The position numbers and the translations under genes are program-made. 64,000 nucleotides of DNA. Origin: Kiritimatiellia bacterium (GTDB lineage: Bacteria; Verrucomicrobiota; Kiritimatiellia; JAFGHX01). The stretch is from contig JAFGHX010000010.1 in the NCBI GenBank assembly GCA_016929905.1, positions 5,835 through 69,834 of the forward strand, read 5' to 3'. Shown in pieces: positions 8,703 through 17,900 of this stretch; position 1 is the first letter of the stretch, and each line of letters opens with the position of its first letter. The notes beneath the pieces were generated by a model that was not told the origin of the DNA, made no database searches, and saw only the letters and a program-made list of their open reading frames with translations.

Positions 8703-10379
8703 CTACTTTCTGTTGCGCGTCCCACACACCACCGCGCCCAGCGCCACATACCACAGCAGCACGCCCGCGAACGGGAATCGCTCGATCTCCACACTCCCGC
8801 ACGGCACGCGCGCCAGCGCCGCCATGATCCGCAGCAGCAACGAGATCAGGACCACGTTCGCATGGTTGAACAACTGGCCCAGAATCGGAACCAGCGCGCC
8901 GAACACCAGCGACAGGCACCCGCCCAGCACGACCAGAAACGCGAGCGGCACGACGACCAGGTTGCCGACCGGCGCCGAGAGCGAGAGCCGGCCGAAGAAG
9001 TAGGCCGTCAACGGCGCCGAAACCAGCCACGCGGAACAGGAGACGGCGAACAGCGACGCCACGTAGCGCCCCGCACGACGCAACAGCCTCACGCGCTTCT
9101 TCTCCGGTTCCACCCGCAACGGATCCGCCTGCCACAGCCTGCGCAACGGCCGTTCGATCCGCGGGTACAGGCACACGAGCCCGGCCACCACGACGAACGA
9201 GAAGATGAACCCCACGTCGAACACCTGGGCCGGCGCGACGGCCAGGATGAGCACGGCGGAAAGCGCAAGCGCAGCCGGCATGTCGGGCTTGCGGTCGAGC
9301 AGCACGGCGGCAAAGTAGACCAGCGCCATGACACAGGCGCGCACGGCGCTCGGCCGCGCGCCGGTCGCCAGCGTATAGCCGACCACGAGCGGGAACAGGA
9401 ACAGGCCCCAGTACACGCGCGGGATCTTGCCGGCATTCAACACGAACGTGATCAGCAGCACAATGATCCCGACATGCAGCCCGGAAATCGCAAAGATGTG
9501 CAACGTGCCCGTGGCGATGAAGTCCTCGCGCACGGCCGCCGGCAGCCGATGCCGGTACCCGAGCAGCAGGGCGTGCAGCAGCGCCACGTGCGTGCGGAAG
9601 GGCTCAATTCCATCAGCCAGCCGCGCGGCGGCGTACCGGCGCGCCGCGAAGCAGCCGGCCACCACACGACTGCCGCGCCCCTCTTCCAGAAGAACAGCGC
9701 CCGGCCCGTCCGCCAGCAAGTAGTCCCCGCGCTCCGGCGGGCCGCGCAGCCCCGCGGGCGGCCGGGCGCCCGGCGCCGGGCCGCCCCATGCCGTCACGCG
9801 TCCGCGCAGCAGCCAACGCTGCCCGTAACGCGGCGTCGGATCACACGGCCGGCCACGCCAGCGCACCGTCAGCCGCCCGGCCGCCCCTTGCCACCCCGTG
9901 GTGCCGGCCGCGCGCGCCGCTTCAAGCCGGAGGGGAAAACGCCACGCGCCGGCGCCGCTCGCCGTCTCGTCCGGTTCGCCGACCACACGGCCTACGCACT
10001 CGAGCCGAGTGCCCGCGCCCAATAACGCGTCTTCAGCGCCGTGCGCCCCACGCCACACGCTCAGTCGCGCATTCGCACACCCCATCCCCGCAACCGCGCC
10101 GTAGAGGCAAACCAGCGCCGTCACCCGCCGCCAATGCCCGAATCCCCCGGAACCGCACACAGAATTCGAGCGCGATCCTGTACCGGCACGCGCGGCTGAA
10201 TCCACCGCCATCGCCACGCCAGCCGCCGCCAGCAGCACACCCGTCACCAGAAGGATCGCACCCGGCGGCACCCGCCAGACTACACCCAGCGCCGAGGCCA
10301 ACACGAAGCACAGCGCTACACCCACAATCGGACGGCGCGCGGCCGGCAGAATGGTTGACGGTTGATGGTCAAGGGTCAA
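8703..10379 (-). CDS. comEC: ComEC/Rec2-family DNA internalisation channel protein (no metallo-beta-lactamase domain)
   Basis: 558 aa, polytopic. Competence-domain signature LHIFAISGLHVGIIV. The N-terminal TTG start lies inside a heptamer array, so the true start is probably further downstream. Confidence 0.85.
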   Translation of the reverse strand: MTLDHQPSTILPAARRPIVGVALCFVLASALGVVWRVPPGAILLVTGVLLAAAGVAMAVDSAARAGTGSRSNSVCGSGGFGHWRRVTALVCLYGAVAGMGCANARLSVWRGAHGAEDALLGAGTRLECVGRVVGEPDETASGAGAWRFPLRLEAARAAGTTGWQGAAGRLTVRWRGRPCDPTPRYGQRWLLRGRVTAWGGPAPGARPPAGLRGPPERGDYLLADGPGAVLLEEGRGSRVVAGCFAARRYAAARLADGIEPFRTHVALLHALLLGYRHRLPAAVREDFIATGTLHIFAISGLHVGIIVLLITFVLNAGKIPRVYWGLFLFPLVVGYTLATGARPSAVRACVMALVYFAAVLLDRKPDMPAALALSAVLILAVAPAQVFDVGFIFSFVVVAGLVCLYPRIERPLRRLWQADPLRVEPEKKRVRLLRRAGRYVASLFAVSCSAWLVSAPLTAYFFGRLSLSAPVGNLVVVPLAFLVVLGGCLSLVFGALVPILGQLFNHANVVLISLLLRIMAALARVPCGSVEIERFPFAGVLLWYVALGAVVCGTRNRK

Positions 10380-10429
10380 GGGTCAAGGGTCAAGGGTTGA
10401 TGGTTGATGGTTGATGGTTGATGGTTCTC
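10353..10429. repeat. 11 tandem heptamers: GGTTGAC, GGTTGAT, (GGTCAAG)x4, (GGTTGAT)x4, GGTTCTC
   Basis: Read directly. Period 7. Spans the 5' boundary of comEC and the comEC/response-regulator spacer. Confidence 0.9.
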
Positions 10430-10525
10430 GTCCGCCGTACGCCTGCGGGCAGCGAAATTGGCCGCTGATGCGGCGAGGCGGGACCCACCAAACGTGTCCG
10501 CAGCAAGACTGCGCCGGCCCGGCGG

Positions 10526-11101
10526 CTAATCGAGTTCCTTGCCGATCTCCTCGATCAGCTCTTTGTAGTCCATCGCGGCGATGTCTTCGTCGATCGTGAA
10601 CTGGCCGCCGGAGTCGACATCCACCTTGGTGATGCCCGGGTATTCTTTCTCCAGCGCCTCCTTCTTCAGCAGCTCCAACTCGTGCGACTTCTCGCGGTAG
10701 CGCTGCAGCAGCCGCATCGTCTGCTCGGCCAACTGCTTACGCTCCACCGCAAGCCGAAGCGTGACGGCGAAATCCACCGCGTCCACCGGCTTGGTCATGA
10801 ACCGGTAAACCTCGTCCTCGTTGATGGCTCGGATCGCTGTGTCCAGCTCAGGGTGGCCGGTCAGCATGATCCGAATCGTGGCAGGCGAACGCTCCTTGAT
10901 GATCCGAAGCAGCTCGGTGCCCGTCATGTTCGGCATGCGGTCGTCGGACACCACCACATCGATCTGCTCCGTCTCCAGCACCGCCAGGGCCTCTTCGCCG
11001 GACGTCACGCAGATGATGTAGTATTGCTCCTTCTCGAGGACACGCTTGAGGGTGTCGGTAATCAGAGGGTCGTCATCGACAAAGAGAACCTTGGTCGGCA
11101 T
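10526..11101 (-). CDS. Response regulator, receiver (REC) domain plus short coiled-coil tail, no DNA-binding output
   Basis: MPTKVLFVDDDPLI..., phospho-acceptor context DVVVSDDRMPNMTGTELL, and conserved T/K region IMLTGHPE...KP. Confidence 0.85.
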   Translation of the reverse strand: MPTKVLFVDDDPLITDTLKRVLEKEQYYIICVTSGEEALAVLETEQIDVVVSDDRMPNMTGTELLRIIKERSPATIRIMLTGHPELDTAIRAINEDEVYRFMTKPVDAVDFAVTLRLAVERKQLAEQTMRLLQRYREKSHELELLKKEALEKEYPGITKVDVDSGGQFTIDEDIAAMDYKELIEEIGKELD

Positions 11102-11178
11102 TGGCTTGTTCAGTCTCCGCCCGCGAAAAAAAAGGAACCGCGTACGGTCCCGGAACCTTCCTGCACACGGCGACCGTC

Positions 11179-11207
11179 AGTATCCCACCCGCACGTCAAA
11201 ATGTCAA
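11179..11207 (-). promoter_or_regulatory. Sigma70-like promoter candidate for the response-regulator gene
   Basis: The minus strand reads TTGACA-17 nt-GATACT about 70 nt upstream of the ATG at 11101. Pattern match only; promoter rules in this lineage are unknown. Confidence 0.3.
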
Positions 11208-11246
11208 GGCATTCCCAGCCCGCGCCGCCGGCCGCGGGCCGGGAAT

Positions 11247-11274
11247 GGTTGATGGTCCATGGTCGATGGTCAAT
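11247..11274. repeat. Heptamer array GGTTGAT GGTCCAT GGTCGAT GGTCAAT (same GGTNNAT family as 10353-10429 and 25949-26004)
   Basis: Read directly. Confidence 0.8.
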
Positions 11275-11404
11275 GCCGGCCGCCGGTACGGCTCTGCCCC
11301 AACGGATCAGATCCGCATTAGAGGCTGCAACGGCTGTCGTGCATTCATCCGTTGGAAGCATCTTCCGCGCCTCCGTTCGTGCGCCCCGGCTCCGAGCAAC
11401 CGCC

Positions 11405-11484
11405 CCACCCTTCCACCCTTCCACCCTTCCACCCTTCCACCCTTCCACCCTTCCACCCTTCCACCCTTCCACCCTTCCATTCTT
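11405..11484. repeat. Octamer microsatellite (CCACCCTT)x9 plus one degenerate unit
   Basis: Perfect period-8 array ending 3 nt before the thiD stop codon. It produces the spurious PSTLPPFH-repeat ORFs in the track. Confidence 0.95.
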
Positions 11485-11487
11485 CCG

Positions 11488-12354
11488 TCACCGCACCTGC
11501 GCGGCGAGCCGCCGGTTGGCCTCGCAGTCGACGGCAAGTGCCTGGACCGAACCGGTACTGACCGCCGCCTCGTGCGCGTTGGCCACAAATTGTTTGGCGA
11601 GCCGGACGGCTTCATGCAAGGGAACGCCGCGCGCGAGCAGGGCCGTGACCGCCGCCGAGTACGTGCAGCCGGTCCCGTGCATCTTCGAGGAACCGTGCCG
11701 CGCGCACGAGCAGAGGTGCTCCTGCCCCCCGTCGAACAGAACGTCCGTCGCCTCGGCTGAGTCCAAGTGCCCGCCCTTCACCACGCAGGCGGCGCCGAAC
11801 CGTTCGGCAATCGTGCGGGCGGCGCGGCGCATGTCCGCCACAGAGGCGATCGCGCGCCCGCACAGCAGTTCGGCCTCGGGCACGTTCGGCGTGATCAGTC
11901 TCGCCAACGGCAACAGGCTCGCGCACAACGATTCGACCGCGTCCGGTTGCAGCAGGCGCGCACCCGACGAGGCCACCATCACCGGGTCCGCCACCAGCCA
12001 CGCCAACCCGTGCCGCCGCACCGCCGCCGCGACGGCTTCGACAACCGCCGCCGAATACAGCATGCCCGTCTTCACCGCGCCCACGTCGAAGCAGGCGCAC
12101 ACCGCGTCGATCTGCGCGCCCACCATCTCCACCGATACCGGCATCACACCCGTGACGGCCTGCGGGTTCTGAGCCGTCACGCAGGTCAACGCCGAGGTGC
12201 CGAACACGCCCAGCACCGCGAAGCTCTTCAGATCCGCCTGAATCCCGGCCCCGCCCCCGCTGTCCGAGCCCGCGATCGTCAGTGCACAGGGGCTCGACGA
12301 AGTTCTCGACAAGGTTCTGAACAAGCTTACGGATCCTCCCCCACAATCGCCCAC
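11488..12354 (-). CDS. thiD: Hydroxymethylpyrimidine/phosphomethylpyrimidine kinase ThiD
   Basis: ALTIAGSDSGGGAGIQADLKSFAVLG..TAQN signature plus PfkB-type C-terminus VVKGGH. Start is uncertain: the track start at 12354 is GTG. A TTG at 12324 preceded by GGAGGA, just after the upstream ORF stop, is an alternative. Confidence 0.9.
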   Translation of the reverse strand: MGDCGGGSVSLFRTLSRTSSSPCALTIAGSDSGGGAGIQADLKSFAVLGVFGTSALTCVTAQNPQAVTGVMPVSVEMVGAQIDAVCACFDVGAVKTGMLYSAAVVEAVAAAVRRHGLAWLVADPVMVASSGARLLQPDAVESLCASLLPLARLITPNVPEAELLCGRAIASVADMRRAARTIAERFGAACVVKGGHLDSAEATDVLFDGGQEHLCSCARHGSSKMHGTGCTYSAAVTALLARGVPLHEAVRLAKQFVANAHEAAVSTGSVQALAVDCEANRRLAAQVR

Positions 12355-12575
12355 TCGTCCGACTCGCGGTCATGCCTGAGCAGGCAGACGGCCCCCTCCG
12401 CGGTCCGGACCTTGAAATAGTCGGCAATCGGCCACTCCGGGTCGCGCGCGCCCTGGTACCAGCGGTCGAGAATCTCTTCGATTTCCACGCACCGCGCGCC
12501 CAGACAGAACCGGCGCGGCGACTCGCCGGCCTTGTGCCCGGCGTAGCACTCCACTCGGATGGGAGTGAGGTGCAT
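12327..12575 (-). CDS. Small hypothetical protein (82 aa), balanced composition
   Basis: ATG start. Non-repetitive, W/Y/E/D-containing sequence (..IEEILDRWYQGARDPEWPIADYFKVRTAEGAVCLLRHDRESDEW..), unlike the R/P/A-rich shadow ORFs. The stop abuts the probable thiD RBS. No family assigned. Confidence 0.55.
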   Translation of the reverse strand: MHLTPIRVECYAGHKAGESPRRFCLGARCVEIEEILDRWYQGARDPEWPIADYFKVRTAEGAVCLLRHDRESDEWAIVGEDP

Positions 12576-12639
12576 AGGCCTCCCAATTCACTCGAGAACC
12601 CGACTTCGCCGTCGTGCCTCCTGGCTTCGTCGGGCGCGG

Positions 12640-12685
12640 CTTGCTCGAGAACTTACTCGCGAACTCACTCGCAAACTCGCCCGAG
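12640..12685. repeat. GAACT-word array containing the 20-mer CTTGCTCGAGAACTTACTCG, which recurs exactly at 36337-36356
   Basis: cttgctcgagaacttactcgcgaactcactcgcaaactcgcccgag. Degenerate inverted relatives at 12296-12330 and 12589-12610. Confidence 0.85.
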
Positions 12686-12722
12686 CAGGTTCCACCACGG
12701 ACAGCCGCTCCCTCTACCCCGG

Positions 12723-14939
12723 CTACCGTCCCTTCTCCTTGAGCGCCCCGAGCGCGCTGCCGACGGAGACATCCCAGATGTTGGCCAGCCTGGCGCGCAG
12801 CGCCTGGTCCGTCTCCTGCCACAGCGAACTGTTATTCTCCGCAATCTGCTTGAGCATCTCTTCCTTGTTGCGGAACCAGTCGACGACCTTAGTCCGGTCC
12901 TCTGAAACGCGGTAGCCGACGGTGAGCTGGTAGCAGTACTCCAGGCACTGGCCCCAGGCGTTGGCGCTCTCCAGATGATTGCCCAGCCTCTGCTGGCGCG
13001 AGGCGGTGGCGGCCAACACGTTGACGGGATATGTCCCCATCAGGTCGTCGAGCGTTCTGCGGATCCTGGCGCGCACATGTTCGCGCAGTGCGTCTTTCAC
13101 ATTCGATTCGGAAGAGAGTTTCGGGGCCCGCGCCTGCGGCCACTCGTCCACCGTGAGCGCGGCGCGCGAGGCGCTGATCCGGGGCGGGCCGATGAACGGA
13201 ATGTCGAGCCGGTCTTCCGTTCCCACCAGCGTGATGCCGGGCAGGCTCGTCTTGTCGTTCGGGAACGTGCTGTCGATCGTGAGGATCTTCTTCTGGCTCT
13301 GATGCGTGACGGCCAGGTCCACCCGCACGCGCGCCTGCTTGGTCACCTCCTGCGTGATCCGCTGGTACATGAACACCTTCTGCTCGAAAACCATTTTCGG
13401 CAGATCGGACTTGGGCTTGTATTTCGGGTTCGGCACCTGCGTGATATCGCGCCCGACTTCAATGACTTCGCGACTGAGTTCGCGGGGCGCAAGATCTTCG
13501 ATGGACAGTTCCCGCAGGTTCCCTTCAATGACGTAGTCCAGCGGCCCGTATTCCTTGGAGCCGCGCTCCACCTTCACGCCCCAGGCCACCGGCGCCTCGC
13601 CACGGCCGAGCTGTTCGTAGCGCCTGACGCAATCGTCGAACGTCTGCCGCCCGAGATTCTGCCCTTCCGGGTCGTCCGGCAGGAACTCGGCGATGATCAG
13701 CTTCCGGGTCATCGCGGCCTGGAGCTTCTTCTGCGCGTCGCGCCGCGTCTCGCCCGCGCGCAGTTCCCAGGTCTGAGCCTCGGCGGTCGGCACGAAACCC
13801 TGTTTCCGGGCGTACTGGATCATCTCTTCCGCCATGCGGCAGAAGACGCAGGCGAGCCCGAACGCATCGCTCGCGAAGTAGTCATTCGCGGTCCCGACGA
13901 AGTACTCCATGCCCTGCGGCAACATCTTGCCGTAGGCAACGGCAAGCTGGTTGGCGAGCGCCGTCTTCACATGCGTGGCACTGGTGGCGAGTTCGCGCCC
14001 GCGCACGGTCGCGTACTCGTAGGCCGCCCAGTACTGCTTCTGGTCGCTCAGCAGCCGCAACCGCTCACCCCAGGTCTTGCCCCGCGCGTCGGCCATCCGC
14101 GTCTCGACCTTCTCCAGCACACTGCTCCGGCTGCGCCGTACATCCCGAAAGGCCGCGTCGCCCTCGAGTATCTGTTTGAGCGTCGTGAGCTCCTGCTGAG
14201 CCTTGTCGAGGATCGTGTCGCAGTCCTTGGTGAACTCCACCCGCGAAGTCGGTTTCCCGAACTCGCGTTCCTGGATCGCTTCCGCGGCTGGCAGATCCTC
14301 CTTCTGCACTTCGCGGATCACCTGGTCGGCGTACGGCCCGATCCATTTCTCCTTGTAGACCCGGATGGTCGAGTCCTCCGGGTCGATCACGCCCGCATCC
14401 AGACACGCGCGGAACGCGGTGCGGTAGTCGCCAGCGCCCGCCGCCGCTTCGGCGCGCTTCAGCAGCGAGGCCTTGCGCTGCGACAGCTCCATGACCTGCT
14501 TCTCCACCTTCGCCAGTTCGCCGGCCCAATCGGACGAATGCCGCGCGCCGTCAACCTCCAGTTTGCCCGGATTCGCCGTCATGTAGGCCTTCATCTTCAT
14601 GATGTCCGCCTCGGTCAGCTTCTGCATGTCCTGCTGCGCCCGTTCCGGAAGACTCACCCGGATCGGGCGTTGCAGCGCCTGCCGATACTCCGCCAGCGCG
14701 GGCAACGTGGCAGGCACCGGCTCCAACCGGACCTGGGCAAAGTGCGTATCGGCCAGCAACCGCGCATAGCGCTGCTGGCCGCGCCCGTCATTCATCGCGC
14801 CGGCAGCCAGGTACCCCACGCGCGGGTCTTGAAACGCGCCCACCTTGTCCAACGTCACCGTCTGACAACCCGCCAGGCCGGCCAGCAGCACGGCGGCAAC
14901 AACCGCACGCAAACCAAACGACTCACGATCTGCTCCCAT
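12723..14939 (-). CDS. Large lipoprotein of unknown function (738 aa), co-transcribed downstream of the kinase
   Basis: Lipobox LLAGLAGC near the N-terminus. Starts 15 nt after the kinase stop. No recognisable catalytic motif. Confidence 0.8.
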   Translation of the reverse strand: MGADRESFGLRAVVAAVLLAGLAGCQTVTLDKVGAFQDPRVGYLAAGAMNDGRGQQRYARLLADTHFAQVRLEPVPATLPALAEYRQALQRPIRVSLPERAQQDMQKLTEADIMKMKAYMTANPGKLEVDGARHSSDWAGELAKVEKQVMELSQRKASLLKRAEAAAGAGDYRTAFRACLDAGVIDPEDSTIRVYKEKWIGPYADQVIREVQKEDLPAAEAIQEREFGKPTSRVEFTKDCDTILDKAQQELTTLKQILEGDAAFRDVRRSRSSVLEKVETRMADARGKTWGERLRLLSDQKQYWAAYEYATVRGRELATSATHVKTALANQLAVAYGKMLPQGMEYFVGTANDYFASDAFGLACVFCRMAEEMIQYARKQGFVPTAEAQTWELRAGETRRDAQKKLQAAMTRKLIIAEFLPDDPEGQNLGRQTFDDCVRRYEQLGRGEAPVAWGVKVERGSKEYGPLDYVIEGNLRELSIEDLAPRELSREVIEVGRDITQVPNPKYKPKSDLPKMVFEQKVFMYQRITQEVTKQARVRVDLAVTHQSQKKILTIDSTFPNDKTSLPGITLVGTEDRLDIPFIGPPRISASRAALTVDEWPQARAPKLSSESNVKDALREHVRARIRRTLDDLMGTYPVNVLAATASRQQRLGNHLESANAWGQCLEYCYQLTVGYRVSEDRTKVVDWFRNKEEMLKQIAENNSSLWQETDQALRARLANIWDVSVGSALGALKEKGR

Positions 14940-14954
14940 CGCTCTTCTCCTTTC

Positions 14955-17900
14955 TCACTCGCCAAGTCTCTCGACGGTCACCGGCAGTATGACCCGGAAC
15001 CCCACGTCGGTGTCAGACTCGTTATACGGTTTCTGCGACCAGGGCATCACCTCGCTGAGGCTGCGGCTCTTGTAGCTGCCGCCACAGACAATCATCGTGA
15101 CCGGCACCTTGTCGCCTAGGCTCTCGGCGGTGTCCTGCATGCACAGCTCACCGGCGTTGCCGCACATGTCATAGACGCCGAGCGGATACGGGCTCGGCTC
15201 CGCAATCGGCGAAGCGCGCGGCCCTTTCTTGTAATAGAACCAAACGAGCGCTCCGGACTGCGCCGGATCGATCTGCTCGCGCAGCGCCGTCCACGGCTTC
15301 GCGCCCGGCGCGGGCTCCCAGTCGAACCCGAACCTGGCCGCGTGCTGCCATTCCCGCGCGCTCGCCAGGCGATACCCCTCTTTGCTCATGTCGACGGTCC
15401 AGCGCCCGTCGCCCGCGCGCTCATAGACGAACTGCAACCCGTGGTGATAGCTCAGCCAGTTGCAGAATTCCATGGCCTCCTCCGGCAAGACGCGAGTGAC
15501 CGGCAACTCATTGTCCGTTATCGGAAGCCGGTACTTCAGCGAGCCGGTGAAATAGTTCGTCAACGCGCTCTGCGCCTCCGTTTCCCGGCCGGCCCCTTCC
15601 CTGTAGCAGCGCATGGCGCCCAGCGTCACCTCCCGCTTGCACATGTAGAACGGGCGCCGGATCTCGCCTATTTCCGTCTTGCCGTCGGGAACAAGAACGA
15701 AATCCAGCCGCGTCTTGTGCTGCAGATGACTTGCCTCGGCACCCGCCTGAATGGAAAGCGAGCACAGGTGCGGGAAGATCCGGGCGACCCGCCGCGACCG
15801 GGCAAAGAGGTCGGTAAGGAACGGGGCGTTGCGCGGGCGGCCGGCCTCGTCGGTCTGCAGTACGAACCGCTCGTATCGGCGCAGGGGCAGGTATTCATAA
15901 AAGTCGATGTTCCGGTCCGTGGCGCTCCAGTCGGTGAGGATCGCCGCCACGCGGTCCGCGGCCTGCTCCTCGTCGTAGAGCGGCCAGACGCCGAGTATGG
16001 CGCCGCGAGCGACCGAAAGCAGGCGCGCGTCCTTCGTGTACAGATACCCCTCGATCAGGTCTCTGGCCACGAATTGCCAGAAGCTCTTCCTCATCTTGAG
16101 CACAGCCGGGTCATCGGCCAGATCTCTGCTCCGATCGAGGATTTCGGCGATGATCTTGGCCCGCTGCGCCGCGTTGTAGGCGGCTTCGCGCGCCGTCGAC
16201 TTCGGCAAAGTCATGACCTGCGGCAACTGCAGCTCCTTCAGCAGGCCTTCAAGCTTGTCGTCCCGCGTGGGCTCCGGCCGCACCGGCGGCGGCGTCACCG
16301 GTTCCACCTTGGCCAGCCGGACCGGCCGGTCGTTCCGCGCCGGCGTGCGCGGCGGCGGCGTCTCGACGCGCTCCGGCCTGGGATCCGGCTCGGTGGCCGG
16401 CTCGGTGGGCGGGGGCGTCACGACGGCCGGCGTCACCTGCGACTCGGGTTCGCCCCCGCCCGCGGGTTCGCCCGGCGCCCGGGTCGCGGAGTCGCCTCCT
16501 TCGCCGGCCGGGTCGCTCGGGGGGGCCGGCGTCTCGACCGAACCCGCCTGCGTGCCGCCCGCACCGCCACTGCCGGCAGCCGCGTCACCGCCCGCCGGCG
16601 AGGGCACGTCCACCACCTGCCCCTGCCCCGCCGAGCCGGCGCCCGCGGGGGCCGGGCCGGGCTCACGCCCGGCGTTGCGACGCTCCGAACGTACGTTCCA
16701 GACGCTGACCCCCGCCACGCCGAGCAGCACGACGAGAATTCCGGCCGCGATCGCCGCGTGCCGCCTGCGGCCCCCCAGAAAGCCCGGCAGTTCCGTCGGC
16801 CGCGCCGCCTTCTCCAGTTCCTCCGGCGGCAGCGCGGGCGTCACGACGCCGGCGCCGGCCATCACACGCGTCGGCAGTTCCGCCTCCGCCAGATCGCCGT
16901 CCCCGGCCAGCACTTCGCTCACGTCCTTGCGCGCCGCCAGCAAGGCGCGCCGCATCTCGCCCGCACTCTCGAACCGCTCGGCCGGCTCCCGAACAATCGC
17001 CCGCTTGACCACGTCGACCAGGGCCGGACACTGCCGAAAGGCGGGAAACCCGAAGTCGACGTCGTACACCTTCTCCCCGCTCGCACGCGCGTAAAACTCG
17101 ACCGCGATCTCCTGGTCCGAGCCCGTCAGCCGCGGCCAGACCAGCCGCCGGGTCAGCGCTTCGTACAGGCACAGTCCGAGCGAATAGAGATCGGACTGCG
17201 GGGAACCCCGGAAACTCTTCTTCGTGCCGAACTCCGGCGCCATGTAGTCCAAGGTGCCCGGCACGAACCCCGTCGTCTTCGTGCCCGCCGCGTCCCGCGC
17301 CGTGCCGAGATCCAGAATCTTCGCGCGGGTCGGACTGTCCTCCGGCGCGTAAAGGTTGCTCGGCTTGATGTCCCGATGAATGATCTGGTGCCCGCCCTCG
17401 TGCAAATACTGCAGCGCGTCCAGGTAGGCCAGAAACAGATCGATCACCTCCAGCACCGGCAGCCCGCGCTTGGAGGCCTTCACCCGGTTGAGCAGCGACC
17501 AGCCGGGCATCCCCTCGAGAAAGTCCATGACGATAAACAGGTGCTTCGCGCCCGGCTCCAGGCTCGCCTCGAAAAAGTCGATGTACTCCACAATGTGCGG
17601 ATGCCGGTACTTGCGCAGAATCTCGGCTTCCCGCACAAAACGGCTCGACTGCTCCTCGATGAACAGGCGCTTGATCGCCACAACGCGGCCGTCGCGCAGG
17701 CGCCGCCCCTTGTAGATCTCGCCGAACCCCCCGCGCCCGAGCGTGCCGATCAGCTCATAGTCGTCCGCACCCTCGTGCTGCACGGTCAGGCAGGTCAACC
17801 CGCCCAGGGCCGTCAGCATCTCGCCGAAGTCCTGGAACCGGTCGCCACGGTCCGGGTTCATGCCCCTGTCCATGAAGGCGGCCAGCCCGTTCACCACCCG

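Noticed and set aside
8703-10379. ComEC without a metallo-beta-lactamase domain as an unusual feature.
   Set aside because: To my knowledge, short ComEC/Rec2 forms (OB/DUF4131 plus competence domain only) occur in many genomes, so this was not treated as noteworthy.
11101-11760. ORFs translating to PSTLPPFH repeats (also 11110-11472 and 11352-11561).
   Set aside because: They are read-through of the (CCACCCTT)n octamer microsatellite in all frames, not a repeat protein. They have no start/RBS context and overlap the thiD terminus.
12355-12722. TPP riboswitch upstream of thiD.
   Set aside because: The conserved CUGAGA and ACCUGAUCUGGAUAAUGCCAGCG-like elements are not visible. The region is occupied by the small ORF and the repeat arms.
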